A DNA stretch of 64,000 nucleotides from Candidatus Poseidoniales archaeon (GCA_038146705.1 JAYQSB010000009.1:2374-66373), one strand, 5' to 3'; counted from the first letter of the stretch, positions 20,561-30,811 are shown. Numbers and translations are program-made. Notes: generated from the sequence alone by a model not told the origin.

Positions 20561-23500
20561 ATGGGATTGTATCTTAAATCAGTCGAAGTGGAAAATTTCA
20601 AGTCTTTCAAGGGAGAAGTTTCCATACCTTTAGACCGAGGCTTTACTGCGATTACAGGCCCAAATGGCTCTGGAAAATCGAATTGCGGAGATGCAATACA
20701 ATTTGTTCTCGGTCCAAAATCCAACCGCGTCATTCGGGCTCAAAATGTCAAAGACCTCATTTTCAACGGAGGGAAAAATTCCAAACCAGCGAGGCAATGT
20801 AAAGTAACCTTGAAATTTGCAAATCCAAAAATGTCGGATGGCCGACGACGATTAGCACTCGACTTTGATGAGGTAGAGATGACCAGAGAAGTACGACTCA
20901 CTTCATCGAATAATGCCGTGACGACATATCTTCTCAATGGTGAAGAAAGTTCACAAAAATCGTTTCATCGCATTCTAACCTCTGCCAATGCGAGACCAGA
21001 TGGTTACAACATTGTGCTACAAGGCGACGTAACCAGTTTAGCAAAAATGACAGCAATCGAGCGGAGAAAAGTACTCGATGGCGTCGCTGGAGTCACTCTA
21101 TACGATGATGAGATTCGAAAAGGTGGCAAACAAAAAGAAAAAGTCGAGGCCTACATTGAACGAATTGAACTGCTTCAAAAGGAACAACTTTTGAGGCTAA
21201 ACACATTAAAAGAAGAAAAGAAGGTTGCAGAAAAAGCAAAAGCAGTTATTGACTCTATTCATGAAACAAAAAAGTTACTCCTTCAATCGAGATACCTAAC
21301 ATCGAAAAATGAAGTCGAGTTTCAAGTCGCTGAGCGACAGCGGTACTATGATTCCGAAAAGCAACTCCGAAATCTTCACATCGAAACGATGCAAAGTGTT
21401 CAACAACTCGACGATCAAGTTTCAGAACTACAAAAACAAATCAATGAAATTCTTGGAGGTGAAGATAACAAAATCAACACGATAATCCAAGATTTACATG
21501 TGAGTATTGCTCGAATTAGTGATAAAAAAGACGCTCTGCATGAGCAATCTGATGAAGATGAAATTGATCTGAAGTACATCGATGAAGAATTGGTCGGTGC
21601 AGAAAAAGAACTCACTGATTTTACAGCTGAGTTGTCAAAAGCAGAAGAACTTCTCACTGAAGCAATGAATCAACTCAGTATTGCTCAAAGAGAAAAACTT
21701 GAACTTGATGAAGCACTTTCCCAAATTGGTGAACAACATCAATCCTTAGCCAATGCATTAGAGGGCGCAGAGACTCAGGTTGAATTGTGCCAAACTACTG
21801 TGCAAAAGGCTCAATCCGAAGTCGACAAAATTGCTACACAAGTCGAAGTCTTGCATGAGGAACTAGCAAATTCAAAAGAAGAACTCGAAAAGAATCAAAT
21901 CGCTCTAGGTGAAATTGAACTTCAGGAAGAAGATTTGAAAGATGAGGCACCACAATTTGACCGTGAAGCTCTATCAAAGCGACTGATCGAATCTCAAAAC
22001 GCCGAATCAAAATTGGTTGAAGAGATTGCCCTCATTGAATCAAAATTGAGAGATTCTGAACGAAAATTGTTCACCGCCCGTCAAGAATTAGAGTCTAAAT
22101 CTGGTTCGAAGGGACTCGTAGGAGGTGCGAGTTCAGTCATCTCTGCCCGAGATAAAGGCGAATTGTCTGGAATCATTGGAACAATCGCAGAGCTGTGTGC
22201 TCCAAAGAACCCCGCTCATGAGAATGCACTTGGTACTGCTATTGGCGGCGGTATGACGTCAGTGGTTGTTGAGAGCGATGAAGACGCCGCACGAGCAATT
22301 CGATGGCTAAATGAAAAGAAAGCTGGCCGTGCAACCTTCCTTCCATTGAACAAATTAACCAATACAAGGGCATTAGGTAAGTCGCTCATTGTCGCTAAAA
22401 AAGATGGCGTTGTGGGCTTTGCCCACGATTTACTCGATTTCGACCCTCGGATTGAAATTGCTGTTCGGTATGTGTTGCGAAACACGCTCATCGTCGATAA
22501 TTTGTCCACAGCGAGAAAACACATGGGCGGTGTTCGGCTGGTCACTCTTCAAGGTGATGTAACCGATGCTGGAGGGGCGATGGTCGGTGGCTCAAAGCGG
22601 AAACTTCCAGTGACGTTTGGAGGTAAAATCCAGGGGGCATCTGAAGTTGATAAATTAACCAATGAAGTTGAACGCTTACAATTGATGGCAGATACGGTTT
22701 CTGCAGCTCTCCTTGAAGCCCGATCGATACAAAAGGAAGTGAGGCAACAAATCAATCAAGTCGTTGAAAATGATTACACAGAGCGAGTCCAAACACTTCG
22801 TGCTGAAAAGAAACAAATGAAACAATTATTATCCAACGCTCAAACAAAACATGAGAAGTTAGAACGTAGATTACAAGAACTTCATGGTCAAGCAGAATCT
22901 GCTTTACAGGGCCTTGACGTAGCACAACGTACACTGGATGAAAGCAAAAGTCAACGAGAACAAGCATCCAAAGCACTTCAAGACGCAAGCCCAGAGCAAC
23001 TTCGAGTTCGAATTCATGAAAATGAACTGTTGATGGTTTCCGCCGAAAGTCAGAAATCTCAGGCCGAGAGTTCACTAGAGAAGGGAGGCTCGCATCAACA
23101 AATTTTGCAACGACGGGTTGATGAATTAAACAATAGAAGAGCAAAACTTTCATCAAACGTTGAACAAATTAAAATTGATTTAGTCAAACTTCAAGATGAG
23201 AAGGAAGCGCTTGAGGTTCAACTCATTGCAAAAGAAGAAGAACGTGCTGAGTTCCTTTCTGAGCATAAAGAATTGGAAGATTCGAGAATGGAACTTGTTG
23301 AATTAAGAGGTCAAAAGAAATCTCTTGCTGAGCAACATTTGGAAAATGCAAACCAACATCGAAGATTAGCTGATGACATCAATCGGACGATCATGGATCG
23401 AGTCCGAGAGCGAGATGAAATGTTGGAGGCAATGCTCGAGGATGGTTTGTCTGAAGATGAATTACCAGAATCAATTCCGAATGTCGGTGAACTTGAGCGA

Positions 23501-24448
23501 AAATTGCGTACTCTTGACAAAAAATTGGATGAGTTTGGTGCAGTGAACATGCATGCAATCGAGCAATACAATGAGGTCGAAGAACGATTAAATCTCATGA
23601 AAGACGATTTTGCATCGTTGCAGTCTCGTCGAAAAGAACTCATTCAACTCACTGAACAACTGGAAGACCAGCGAAAAGACAGATTGCTCAAAGTCTTGAA
23701 AGAAGTCAATAAAAATTTCAAAGAAGCTTACAAAATACTCTCCGATGGTGGTCGAGGTGAATTGTTCCTTGAATCGCCCGATGACCCATTCAAAGGTGGT
23801 CTAGAATTGTGGGCACAGCCAAGAGGAAAATCGGAGAAGGTAAATCGCCATCAACTGTCAGGTGGTGAACAATCAATGGCTGCATTGGCCCTCATTTTCG
23901 CAATTCAAGATTATGACCCAAGTCCATTCTATTATTTCGATGAAGTTGACCAAAATCTCGATGCCTACAACGCTGAAAGAATAGCAAAGATGTGCAGGGC
24001 TCGTAGTCAAAAAGCCCAATTCATAATGGTGACATTGAGAAAAGTCTCCTTGATGCTTGCAGACCACCACATTGGTATTACCCACGGCGGTGATGGGTGT
24101 AGTCGACGAATACTTGATTTCGACAGAGAACGAGCAATAGAAATCGGTGAGAAACATTTTGTTGAGTCTCCAAACGATGCTAAAATCAATGAAACGAGGT
24201 TGCTTGAAGCCGAAAATGTAGAATCTTCAATGCCAAGAATTCCTGAAGAGTTGCCGCCACCAACAAGTTTGGGTGGATTGCTATCACATCTTGAACCCAC
24301 GGCTGAGAATGGTCTCGGGCATCTCTCAGAGCGTGCTTCAGAAATGACTGAGGAGATTGAGGAGACACAAGAATACCTTCAATCTTTAAGAGAAGTCGAT
24401 GGTGAAATAGAACAAAATGACGAAGAATCAATTGAGATTGAAGAATAG
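20561..24448 (+). CDS. smc: Chromosome segregation ATPase SMC
   Basis: NFKSF, GPNGSGKSN, LQGD, hinge GRATFLPL, LSGGEQS, FDEVD. Confidence 0.97.
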   Translation: MGLYLKSVEVENFKSFKGEVSIPLDRGFTAITGPNGSGKSNCGDAIQFVLGPKSNRVIRAQNVKDLIFNGGKNSKPARQCKVTLKFANPKMSDGRRRLALDFDEVEMTREVRLTSSNNAVTTYLLNGEESSQKSFHRILTSANARPDGYNIVLQGDVTSLAKMTAIERRKVLDGVAGVTLYDDEIRKGGKQKEKVEAYIERIELLQKEQLLRLNTLKEEKKVAEKAKAVIDSIHETKKLLLQSRYLTSKNEVEFQVAERQRYYDSEKQLRNLHIETMQSVQQLDDQVSELQKQINEILGGEDNKINTIIQDLHVSIARISDKKDALHEQSDEDEIDLKYIDEELVGAEKELTDFTAELSKAEELLTEAMNQLSIAQREKLELDEALSQIGEQHQSLANALEGAETQVELCQTTVQKAQSEVDKIATQVEVLHEELANSKEELEKNQIALGEIELQEEDLKDEAPQFDREALSKRLIESQNAESKLVEEIALIESKLRDSERKLFTARQELESKSGSKGLVGGASSVISARDKGELSGIIGTIAELCAPKNPAHENALGTAIGGGMTSVVVESDEDAARAIRWLNEKKAGRATFLPLNKLTNTRALGKSLIVAKKDGVVGFAHDLLDFDPRIEIAVRYVLRNTLIVDNLSTARKHMGGVRLVTLQGDVTDAGGAMVGGSKRKLPVTFGGKIQGASEVDKLTNEVERLQLMADTVSAALLEARSIQKEVRQQINQVVENDYTERVQTLRAEKKQMKQLLSNAQTKHEKLERRLQELHGQAESALQGLDVAQRTLDESKSQREQASKALQDASPEQLRVRIHENELLMVSAESQKSQAESSLEKGGSHQQILQRRVDELNNRRAKLSSNVEQIKIDLVKLQDEKEALEVQLIAKEEERAEFLSEHKELEDSRMELVELRGQKKSLAEQHLENANQHRRLADDINRTIMDRVRERDEMLEAMLEDGLSEDELPESIPNVGELERKLRTLDKKLDEFGAVNMHAIEQYNEVEERLNLMKDDFASLQSRRKELIQLTEQLEDQRKDRLLKVLKEVNKNFKEAYKILSDGGRGELFLESPDDPFKGGLELWAQPRGKSEKVNRHQLSGGEQSMAALALIFAIQDYDPSPFYYFDEVDQNLDAYNAERIAKMCRARSQKAQFIMVTLRKVSLMLADHHIGITHGGDGCSRRILDFDRERAIEIGEKHFVESPNDAKINETRLLEAENVESSMPRIPEELPPPTSLGGLLSHLEPTAENGLGHLSERASEMTEEIEETQEYLQSLREVDGEIEQNDEESIEIEE

Positions 24449-24461
24449 AAAAGGTGAGAGC

Positions 24462-25616
24462 ATGGAAAAACAAGCAGCACTTGACAGATGGTTCCTTCGA
24501 CAGGACATCATTGACAAGCTGGTTGCTGTAGGCGAAGACTCGACATCTGCATCCGAGTTCTCCGATCGAATCATGGCTTTTGCAAGTCTTGAAGAAGCAG
24601 AATATCAAACGCTAAGTGATCCATTTGATCGCTCTGTCGCACTTGTGTTTTCACTCGTCAAAGAAGAACAATTCAATGCTTGGAATATCAACCTTGAATC
24701 ATTTTTGAAAGAATTTACGACTCGTGTAAAGCAGGACGCTAAAGCATTGGATTTGCCTGCTTGTGGCCGCCTCATACGTATGTCGTGGGAAGTCTTGCAT
24801 CATCAATCATCTGAATTATTTGAAAAAATTCAGTATTCAGAAGAAGAGTTTGAAGAAGAGGATTTGCACTACACTTGGCAAGAAGAGTATGTTGACGATG
24901 AATATTTGTTCACCCAAACAGTTCTTGAAGGGAAAAGCGAGGAATTTCTTCCTCAATTCTTTGATAGCAGAATTCGACGTCAAGAAGGTAGAAATGTTAC
25001 ACTGGCAGAATTACTTGCAGCATTTAAGGATGCAGCGGATGATGCAGAAATGGTCAAGCATCGTGAAGAAATGCGCATACTGAACAAGGCAGAACTTGAT
25101 CAATATATGTCAAATGTCGATGGGAGGATGCACAATGAAGACCTTGAAGGCGATATTCTTCGTTCTTGGCAAGCAATCCGAGGCGTAAGCAAATCCCGAA
25201 AGACAACAAAAGTTGCAATAGATGATGTCGTAGATGGCCTCTATGAATTGAGTGAAAAACATGAAGATAGTCATTTAGAAGCAAAGGTTAGCGCATTCAT
25301 CTCGGGACTTTTTTTAACCCATAGAGGATTCATTTCAGTCTCACAATCTAGTGAGTCAGAACCTATTTACTTTGAAGATTTACATCCTGGTATCGATGAA
25401 TTTGATACAATTCTCAATATTACGAAAGCGATGATGGATGACGCCTCCGAAGAGATATCTTCAAACAAAACAGGACAAGAACTCTATCTCGAAAAGTTAG
25501 CAAAACGTGCTGAAGAGCAACGATTGAAAGAAGAGAGAAAACGACTGAAAGAAGAGAAAATGGAAGAAAGAGAAGAAGAACCCTCTATCCTAGATGAAAG
25601 CTGGTTGGTGGAATAA
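24462..25616 (+). CDS. scpA: Kleisin ScpA
   Basis: Between smc and scpB; AWNINLE..L, RRQEGRNVTLAELL, FISGLFL..RGFISVSQ. Confidence 0.75.
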   Translation: MEKQAALDRWFLRQDIIDKLVAVGEDSTSASEFSDRIMAFASLEEAEYQTLSDPFDRSVALVFSLVKEEQFNAWNINLESFLKEFTTRVKQDAKALDLPACGRLIRMSWEVLHHQSSELFEKIQYSEEEFEEEDLHYTWQEEYVDDEYLFTQTVLEGKSEEFLPQFFDSRIRRQEGRNVTLAELLAAFKDAADDAEMVKHREEMRILNKAELDQYMSNVDGRMHNEDLEGDILRSWQAIRGVSKSRKTTKVAIDDVVDGLYELSEKHEDSHLEAKVSAFISGLFLTHRGFISVSQSSESEPIYFEDLHPGIDEFDTILNITKAMMDDASEEISSNKTGQELYLEKLAKRAEEQRLKEERKRLKEEKMEEREEEPSILDESWLVE

Positions 25617-26203
25617 TGGAAACAAGTGAAGAGATTCCACTTGAAACTTTGCTTGAGGCAACAATGTTTGGAGCAGGACGATCAATGTCAGTCACAGAAT
25701 TGTGTGAATCATTAGGTTATGATGAAGAGGAAATGCTTGACTCCCTCAGCGCTCTACAAGCAACACTACGTCGAAGGAGGTATGGTGCGTTACAACTTTC
25801 AGAAATTGGTCAAATGTGGGCCTTAGAAGTGAAACCTTCGATCACACAAATGCTTCCAAAGGATGTAAAAACCGATATGCCTCAAAAGTTATTGAAAGCG
25901 GCATCACTTATTGCATATCACCAACCGATTGCTCAATCGAGATTGGTGGACATGCTCGGTCCTAAAGCGTATGACTATGTTCGAGAGTTAGCTCAAGCCG
26001 GAATGATCGATCGTCGTAAGGATGGTTCAACCCGACGTTTGACAACAACTCGAAGGTTTGCGGAACTTTTTGGCTGCCCTGAAACTGATAAAAAGAAGGT
26101 AAGAGATTGGTTTAGAGAGAAAGTCAAATCTTCGGGAATTCTAGACTCATTACAAGAAGAGCATTTGGTCTTAAAAGAAAATGAAGATGAAGAGGAAAAC
26201 TAA
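25616..26203 (+). CDS. scpB: KITE protein ScpB
   Basis: LEATMFGAG, KAASLIAYHQPIAQS, TTRRFAELFG. Confidence 0.92.
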   Translation: METSEEIPLETLLEATMFGAGRSMSVTELCESLGYDEEEMLDSLSALQATLRRRRYGALQLSEIGQMWALEVKPSITQMLPKDVKTDMPQKLLKAASLIAYHQPIAQSRLVDMLGPKAYDYVRELAQAGMIDRRKDGSTRRLTTTRRFAELFGCPETDKKKVRDWFREKVKSSGILDSLQEEHLVLKENEDEEEN

Positions 26204-27495
26204 ATCCGCCTTATTTCGTTGAGCAAATCATTCACCAAGGTTTGTGTAATTTGACCTTGTTGGGTTTGAATCCGTTGAACCAGTTCATCGATTTCATGCT
26301 CAAGAGCACCGGATGTCATTGCCATGTTTTTTACATGGAGTTTCATGTGTCCTTTTTGGATTCCATCAGTAGCCAGTGCACGCATTGCTCCTAGATTTTG
26401 GGCCAGTCCTGCACTCACCATGATGCCTGCTAGTTGACTGGCAGATTTGATACCTAGAATATTCAGATTTGCAATTGCTGTTGGATGAACTTTGGAAGCA
26501 CCACCTACAATTCCAACAGCAATCGGCACTTCAATTGAACCAACTAAGTTTCCGTCTTCATCCACGGACCATGTTGACATCGACGTATATTGGCCCCCAA
26601 TCGATGCATAAGCATGACAACCTGCTTCAATAGCTCTCCAATCTTGGCCACACGCGACTGCTATGCTACTTATTCCATTCATGATTCCTTTGTTGTGTGT
26701 AGCGGCCCGATAGGGGTCACCTTTTGCAAAGAGGTATGCTTCCATGATTTTCTCAATGACTTCAGAGCCAGATTCAACCGTGCCATCCAGACTCATCTCT
26801 TTGGGTGTGAATGTGGCTGATGAACGTGCAAGTCGATGGGTTGCTAGATTCGATAAAATTTTGAGATGGGCCCTTCCTTTCGTTAGGGATTCGAGAAACG
26901 GTGCAATTCGCTCGACCATCGAATTGACAGCATTTGCACCCATGGCATCTTGGCAATTGATGTGTAAATGAACGATGACCATGTTCAATCCATCCACTGA
27001 GATGCTTCTGCAGGTGATGTCTTTACAACCGCCACCCAATTCAATCATTTTCGATTCGACATTATTTGCTTTCTCGATGATCTCTTGTTTCTTATTTTGA
27101 ATAACTTGTATCGCTTCATTTTCATTTTTTAGGTCAAGCAATTGAATTTGTCCAATCATCACAGGAGGGTCGATATCTGTTTGAAATCCACCAGTCGACC
27201 TACATCGCTTCGCAATGTTTGATGCAGCGGCAACAATACTGGATTCTTCAACACAAAATGGGATGATGTATTCATGGCCATCAATCAAGAAGTTGGTTGC
27301 AATTCCTACTGGAAGGGACATTGTGCCAATCACATTCTCAATCATATTGTCTGCTTTCTGACGAGTTAATCCCTTTTCAGTATCGAAAACTGATAATTCT
27401 TCGATGCTGATGCCAGTTGTTTGTGATATTGCTTCTTTTCTTTGGTCAACAGATTTGTTGTACAAACCAGGGATTCGGCTGTTGTTAACTGGCAT
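26200..27495 (-). CDS. mvaA: HMG-CoA reductase, class II (bacterial/degradative type)
   Basis: ENVIG, EESSIVAA, DAMGAN, ILSNL, THNKGIMNG, GQDWRAIEAG, GIQKGHMKLH. Confidence 0.93.
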   Translation of the reverse strand: MPVNNSRIPGLYNKSVDQRKEAISQTTGISIEELSVFDTEKGLTRQKADNMIENVIGTMSLPVGIATNFLIDGHEYIIPFCVEESSIVAAASNIAKRCRSTGGFQTDIDPPVMIGQIQLLDLKNENEAIQVIQNKKQEIIEKANNVESKMIELGGGCKDITCRSISVDGLNMVIVHLHINCQDAMGANAVNSMVERIAPFLESLTKGRAHLKILSNLATHRLARSSATFTPKEMSLDGTVESGSEVIEKIMEAYLFAKGDPYRAATHNKGIMNGISSIAVACGQDWRAIEAGCHAYASIGGQYTSMSTWSVDEDGNLVGSIEVPIAVGIVGGASKVHPTAIANLNILGIKSASQLAGIMVSAGLAQNLGAMRALATDGIQKGHMKLHVKNMAMTSGALEHEIDELVQRIQTQQGQITQTLVNDLLNEIRRI

Positions 27496-27549
27496 GCCCA
27501 TTCCTCTCTCATCGATTGGTGAAGGTCTTGTCATTTCAAGACGACGGCA

Positions 27550-27660
27550 TAACGATTTGGATGAAATTAACGCGTTAATATTGTGTTAGCAATGTGTTAC
27601 TGACGCGTTATTGTGAATTGAAAAAAGCGATTGGTCTCGACCTTAACGCATCATAACACA
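27550..27660. repeat. Operator-like array of GYGTTA/TAACRC hexamers including a 14-bp palindrome
   Basis: GCGTTA 27572, GTGTTA 27583, GTGTTA 27594, GCGTTA 27605 (11-bp period); ATTAACGCGTTAAT palindrome 27566-27579; inverted TAACGC 27644 and TAACAC 27654. Confidence 0.7.
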
Positions 27661-27718
27661 TACGATAGAGTGCAAATCGAATAGAAAGAATATATACTAT
27701 GGTTATTGATGCTGATGT

Positions 27719-29467
27719 ATGGCTAAAGTTTGGCGTCATCTTCAACTGCCTCATGTTCATCAGAACCCATTTTCGATACGCCCCCTCTCAGCGGAAGACT
27801 CGAATTTATTTGTCGGCCGCAAAGACATGCTATCGATGTTTAAGCAGTTTATTCTTAGAAAATCATCTCGACAAATACTCCTTGTCGGGCCATACGGTTC
27901 TGGGCGTTCTTCATTGGTGCAATGTTTACAGCCGATTGTTACATTATCTGCATATATCGATCATCTTAATGCCACACATCCCGGGCATAGTCTGCTTCAG
28001 TCAGTGTTCTCACAATTTTTTGCATCCGAGCCCCCACAAACAAGAAGTGAAGTGACAAGCGCACTCATCAACGCTTCTTTCTCATCAGATAGGGCCCCAT
28101 TAATCGTTCTTGATTTTCAATCAGGAGACACATCGACGCTTCATGTCGCTTTACGAGATACTCTTGGAGTACTTGAGAGGACACAGGCTCTTGTCATCAT
28201 GATATGCGACCAAAGACAGCGTCAGTTGTTGCCTGTAGAATTGGCACAACCGTTTGAAGAATTTGCCATGCCCCGATTCAACCAAAATGATGTGATTCAA
28301 CTCGTTGAAACACGACTTGAATCGGTTGGGCATCCTAATTTTGAGTTAACTGTAGAGGCAGCAAATGAAGTGCTGGAGGTTACAGATGGTTATCCAAGGA
28401 GCATCTTGCAACTGCTTCGAAATCATGTCGATGAACAACACAGAGATTCAGGTCATGAAATGTCATATAAACCGATACAAAATGAATATGATGCAAGGCC
28501 GGAATTGAGAAATGAACCAGATATGTTACACAAATTCATGGGTACAGGTCATGAAGAAATGGAAGAAATTCGAACAGAGGAGCTCGAGAGTGCAAGTGAA
28601 TCACTGCAAGACAATATCATCGATGCTTCTGTACCTTGGCATGAACGAGATTCATTCATCGGTGTTCAAGAAAATCAACTCTTTGATCTTGATTTAGAAG
28701 AGTTAAATCAAGACATCGAAGATGACGAACCACTTCTTGCGTCTCCCGCTGTTGGATCATTTGCACATGAGGTCCCCGATGACCCTCCAAGAGTTTTCAC
28801 AGGTGCATTCAAGAGCTTACGTAGTCGAAATATTTCGGCTCTTGAAGAAGAAAAAAATGTGACAAATGAGGAGAGAGTACTGGAATCAGATGAAGAGTTT
28901 GTATTGACCGCCTCGATTTCCGAACCACCTCAATACGAGGATCATGATCAAAATATTTTTGATTATCAAGGTATAGAAACTGGAGTAGACCTTCAAGACA
29001 ATCAAATATTCGAACATGTTGAACTTCATTCGGACCAGCCTTCTACCCCTCATTCAACTGAGATTTCAACATTGATTGGACTTCTGCAGGGTCTCATTCA
29101 AACCAATCAAGAAAAAGATGGTGTACTGCCAGCTCATGTCATCGAGATGTTATCACGTCATCACATGCCGAAATTGGGCCACAGAAATGAGTATCCTCTA
29201 AACGGAATGGCCCTACAGCGGTTATCATCCACAGAAATCTATGTTGTCACTATCGCAAGTAAACGAATGTTTTCACCCTCGGATGAAGAGATGCTTCGTC
29301 ATTTGAACATTCGACGTTCGAGATTATCACAAATTTCAAACTCGCTACTCAAAGCAGGTATACTGACCTCAAGAATGGTGGGGCGAAAGAGTATGTACAC
29401 ACTTACAAACAATGCTAGGGCACAATTAGTTGTTTGGTCGAACGCGGAAGGAGGTGGTGCAGAATGA
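27719..29467 (+). CDS. Degenerate P-loop NTPase with acidic linker and C-terminal winged-HTH (putative regulator)
   Basis: NPF..RPL...LFVGR, GPYGSGRSS (Lys to Arg), IVLDFQ, GYPRSILQL; C-terminal LNIRRSRLSQISNSLLKAGIL..RMVGRKSMYTLT. Confidence 0.65.
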   Translation: MAKVWRHLQLPHVHQNPFSIRPLSAEDSNLFVGRKDMLSMFKQFILRKSSRQILLVGPYGSGRSSLVQCLQPIVTLSAYIDHLNATHPGHSLLQSVFSQFFASEPPQTRSEVTSALINASFSSDRAPLIVLDFQSGDTSTLHVALRDTLGVLERTQALVIMICDQRQRQLLPVELAQPFEEFAMPRFNQNDVIQLVETRLESVGHPNFELTVEAANEVLEVTDGYPRSILQLLRNHVDEQHRDSGHEMSYKPIQNEYDARPELRNEPDMLHKFMGTGHEEMEEIRTEELESASESLQDNIIDASVPWHERDSFIGVQENQLFDLDLEELNQDIEDDEPLLASPAVGSFAHEVPDDPPRVFTGAFKSLRSRNISALEEEKNVTNEERVLESDEEFVLTASISEPPQYEDHDQNIFDYQGIETGVDLQDNQIFEHVELHSDQPSTPHSTEISTLIGLLQGLIQTNQEKDGVLPAHVIEMLSRHHMPKLGHRNEYPLNGMALQRLSSTEIYVVTIASKRMFSPSDEEMLRHLNIRRSRLSQISNSLLKAGILTSRMVGRKSMYTLTNNARAQLVVWSNAEGGGAE

Positions 29468-30525
29468 CATGGAAAATCTCGTGGTCTTGGCAGGCACCTT
29501 CTCGTATTGCTTCAATCCTTGCAGTTGATGAAGGTATCATCGTCAGTTCAGGCCTTCAATTGACATATTTGGACGCCGCTGGAAAGGTGACATGGACAAC
29601 CAATGTCCCATTCAAAGTTCATGGAATGGCTGCACAATCAGGCAACCTAGGCGTTCTTTTAGCTCATGGATTCTACTTGTATTCCCTTACAACTTCGAAG
29701 CAAATCACTGACGGGAGGAGCACTCCATCTGGATTCAAGGAGATCATTGCTAGGCCAGGAGGTGGATGGGTTCTCTCTTGTCGAAAAGGACAATTGCATC
29801 TTTTTTCACAGGAAGGGCGAGGAATTCGAAGGATGGAAAGTGGCTCAGTTCGAAGGCTTCTTGGTTGGCTTGACAGGGAACATTTGCTCTGGCAAGACAA
29901 CGATGGTATCATTTGGTGCGGTCGCTTAACTGGAAATGACAAAAAGCGAATGTTAGAAGAAAGAACTTGGAGTTGGATTTCCACATTGTACGATGGACGC
30001 TTGTTGCTCCAAAGCAGCGATGGAGCAGTTTGGGAGGGTGTTCCCCACCCATTTGGCTGGGACAAGTTAGAATGCCTTGAAACAATGTCCATTGAGCCGA
30101 TGAATTCTGTACGAACAGGCGATGGTTGGTGGACATTATCACTCCACGGTGAACTTCATCATTTGGGCAACCTTGAATACGATGAGCATGACCAAACTTC
30201 AATTCTTGGTAAAGACATGGAGTTAGGGGATCTTTTATCAAACAATGTAGGCGATTCAATGTTCACTGCTACTCGTGAGGGACTCGTTCGTAAATGGGTT
30301 GCACCTCATTTATTTGATGTTGAACGTCAAAGTAGATACAAGGCTGCTGCAGATGCGGCAATGGCGAGAAATTGGGAAAAACGAAGACAGATGTTTACAA
30401 GAGCCCAAGAAGCAGAGGACTTGGGCAAGGTCTCACTTGCCATTGAATTGTATGAGGCATTGGGCCGAAAGGAGGATGTGAAACGCTTACTTTCAAGACA
30501 AAAAGGAGACGATATCGATGATTGA
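29464..30525 (+). CDS. Hypothetical beta-propeller-like protein with C-terminal helical pair
   Basis: Repeated W/G-rich beta strands; ATGA overlap with the upstream gene. Confidence 0.55.
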   Translation: MTWKISWSWQAPSRIASILAVDEGIIVSSGLQLTYLDAAGKVTWTTNVPFKVHGMAAQSGNLGVLLAHGFYLYSLTTSKQITDGRSTPSGFKEIIARPGGGWVLSCRKGQLHLFSQEGRGIRRMESGSVRRLLGWLDREHLLWQDNDGIIWCGRLTGNDKKRMLEERTWSWISTLYDGRLLLQSSDGAVWEGVPHPFGWDKLECLETMSIEPMNSVRTGDGWWTLSLHGELHHLGNLEYDEHDQTSILGKDMELGDLLSNNVGDSMFTATREGLVRKWVAPHLFDVERQSRYKAAADAAMARNWEKRRQMFTRAQEAEDLGKVSLAIELYEALGRKEDVKRLLSRQKGDDIDD

Positions 30526-30811
30526 ATCTGACATCTCTGAAGAACGGCTTGTTCATTATCTTGATTTAACAAGAACAGCAAGAGAGAAAGTTTCTCTCAT
30601 TAGTGAGTTGAGTGCAGAAGATCACAAAAAAGCCAACGTCCTGCTTGAGATGGCCGATGCTTACATTTTTGATGCGGGATTTTTTTTTGAGAAAGGAGAT
30701 TACATCCGTTCATTTGGTGCAATAAACTATGCGCATGCATGGATTGATGCCGGAGTGAAATTGAAACTCCTTGATGGGCACGATGATGATGTCCTTTTCA
30801 CATTACCATAA
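30518..30811 (+). CDS. DUF357-family archaeal protein
   Basis: EMADAYIFDA.FF.EKGDY..SFGAINYAHAWIDAG. Confidence 0.85.
   Translation: MIESDISEERLVHYLDLTRTAREKVSLISELSAEDHKKANVLLEMADAYIFDAGFFFEKGDYIRSFGAINYAHAWIDAGVKLKLLDGHDDDVLFTLP

Noticed and set aside
27550-27660. CRISPR or mini-array
   Set aside because: The repeat unit is only 6 bp at 11-bp period, there are no spacers and no cas genes.
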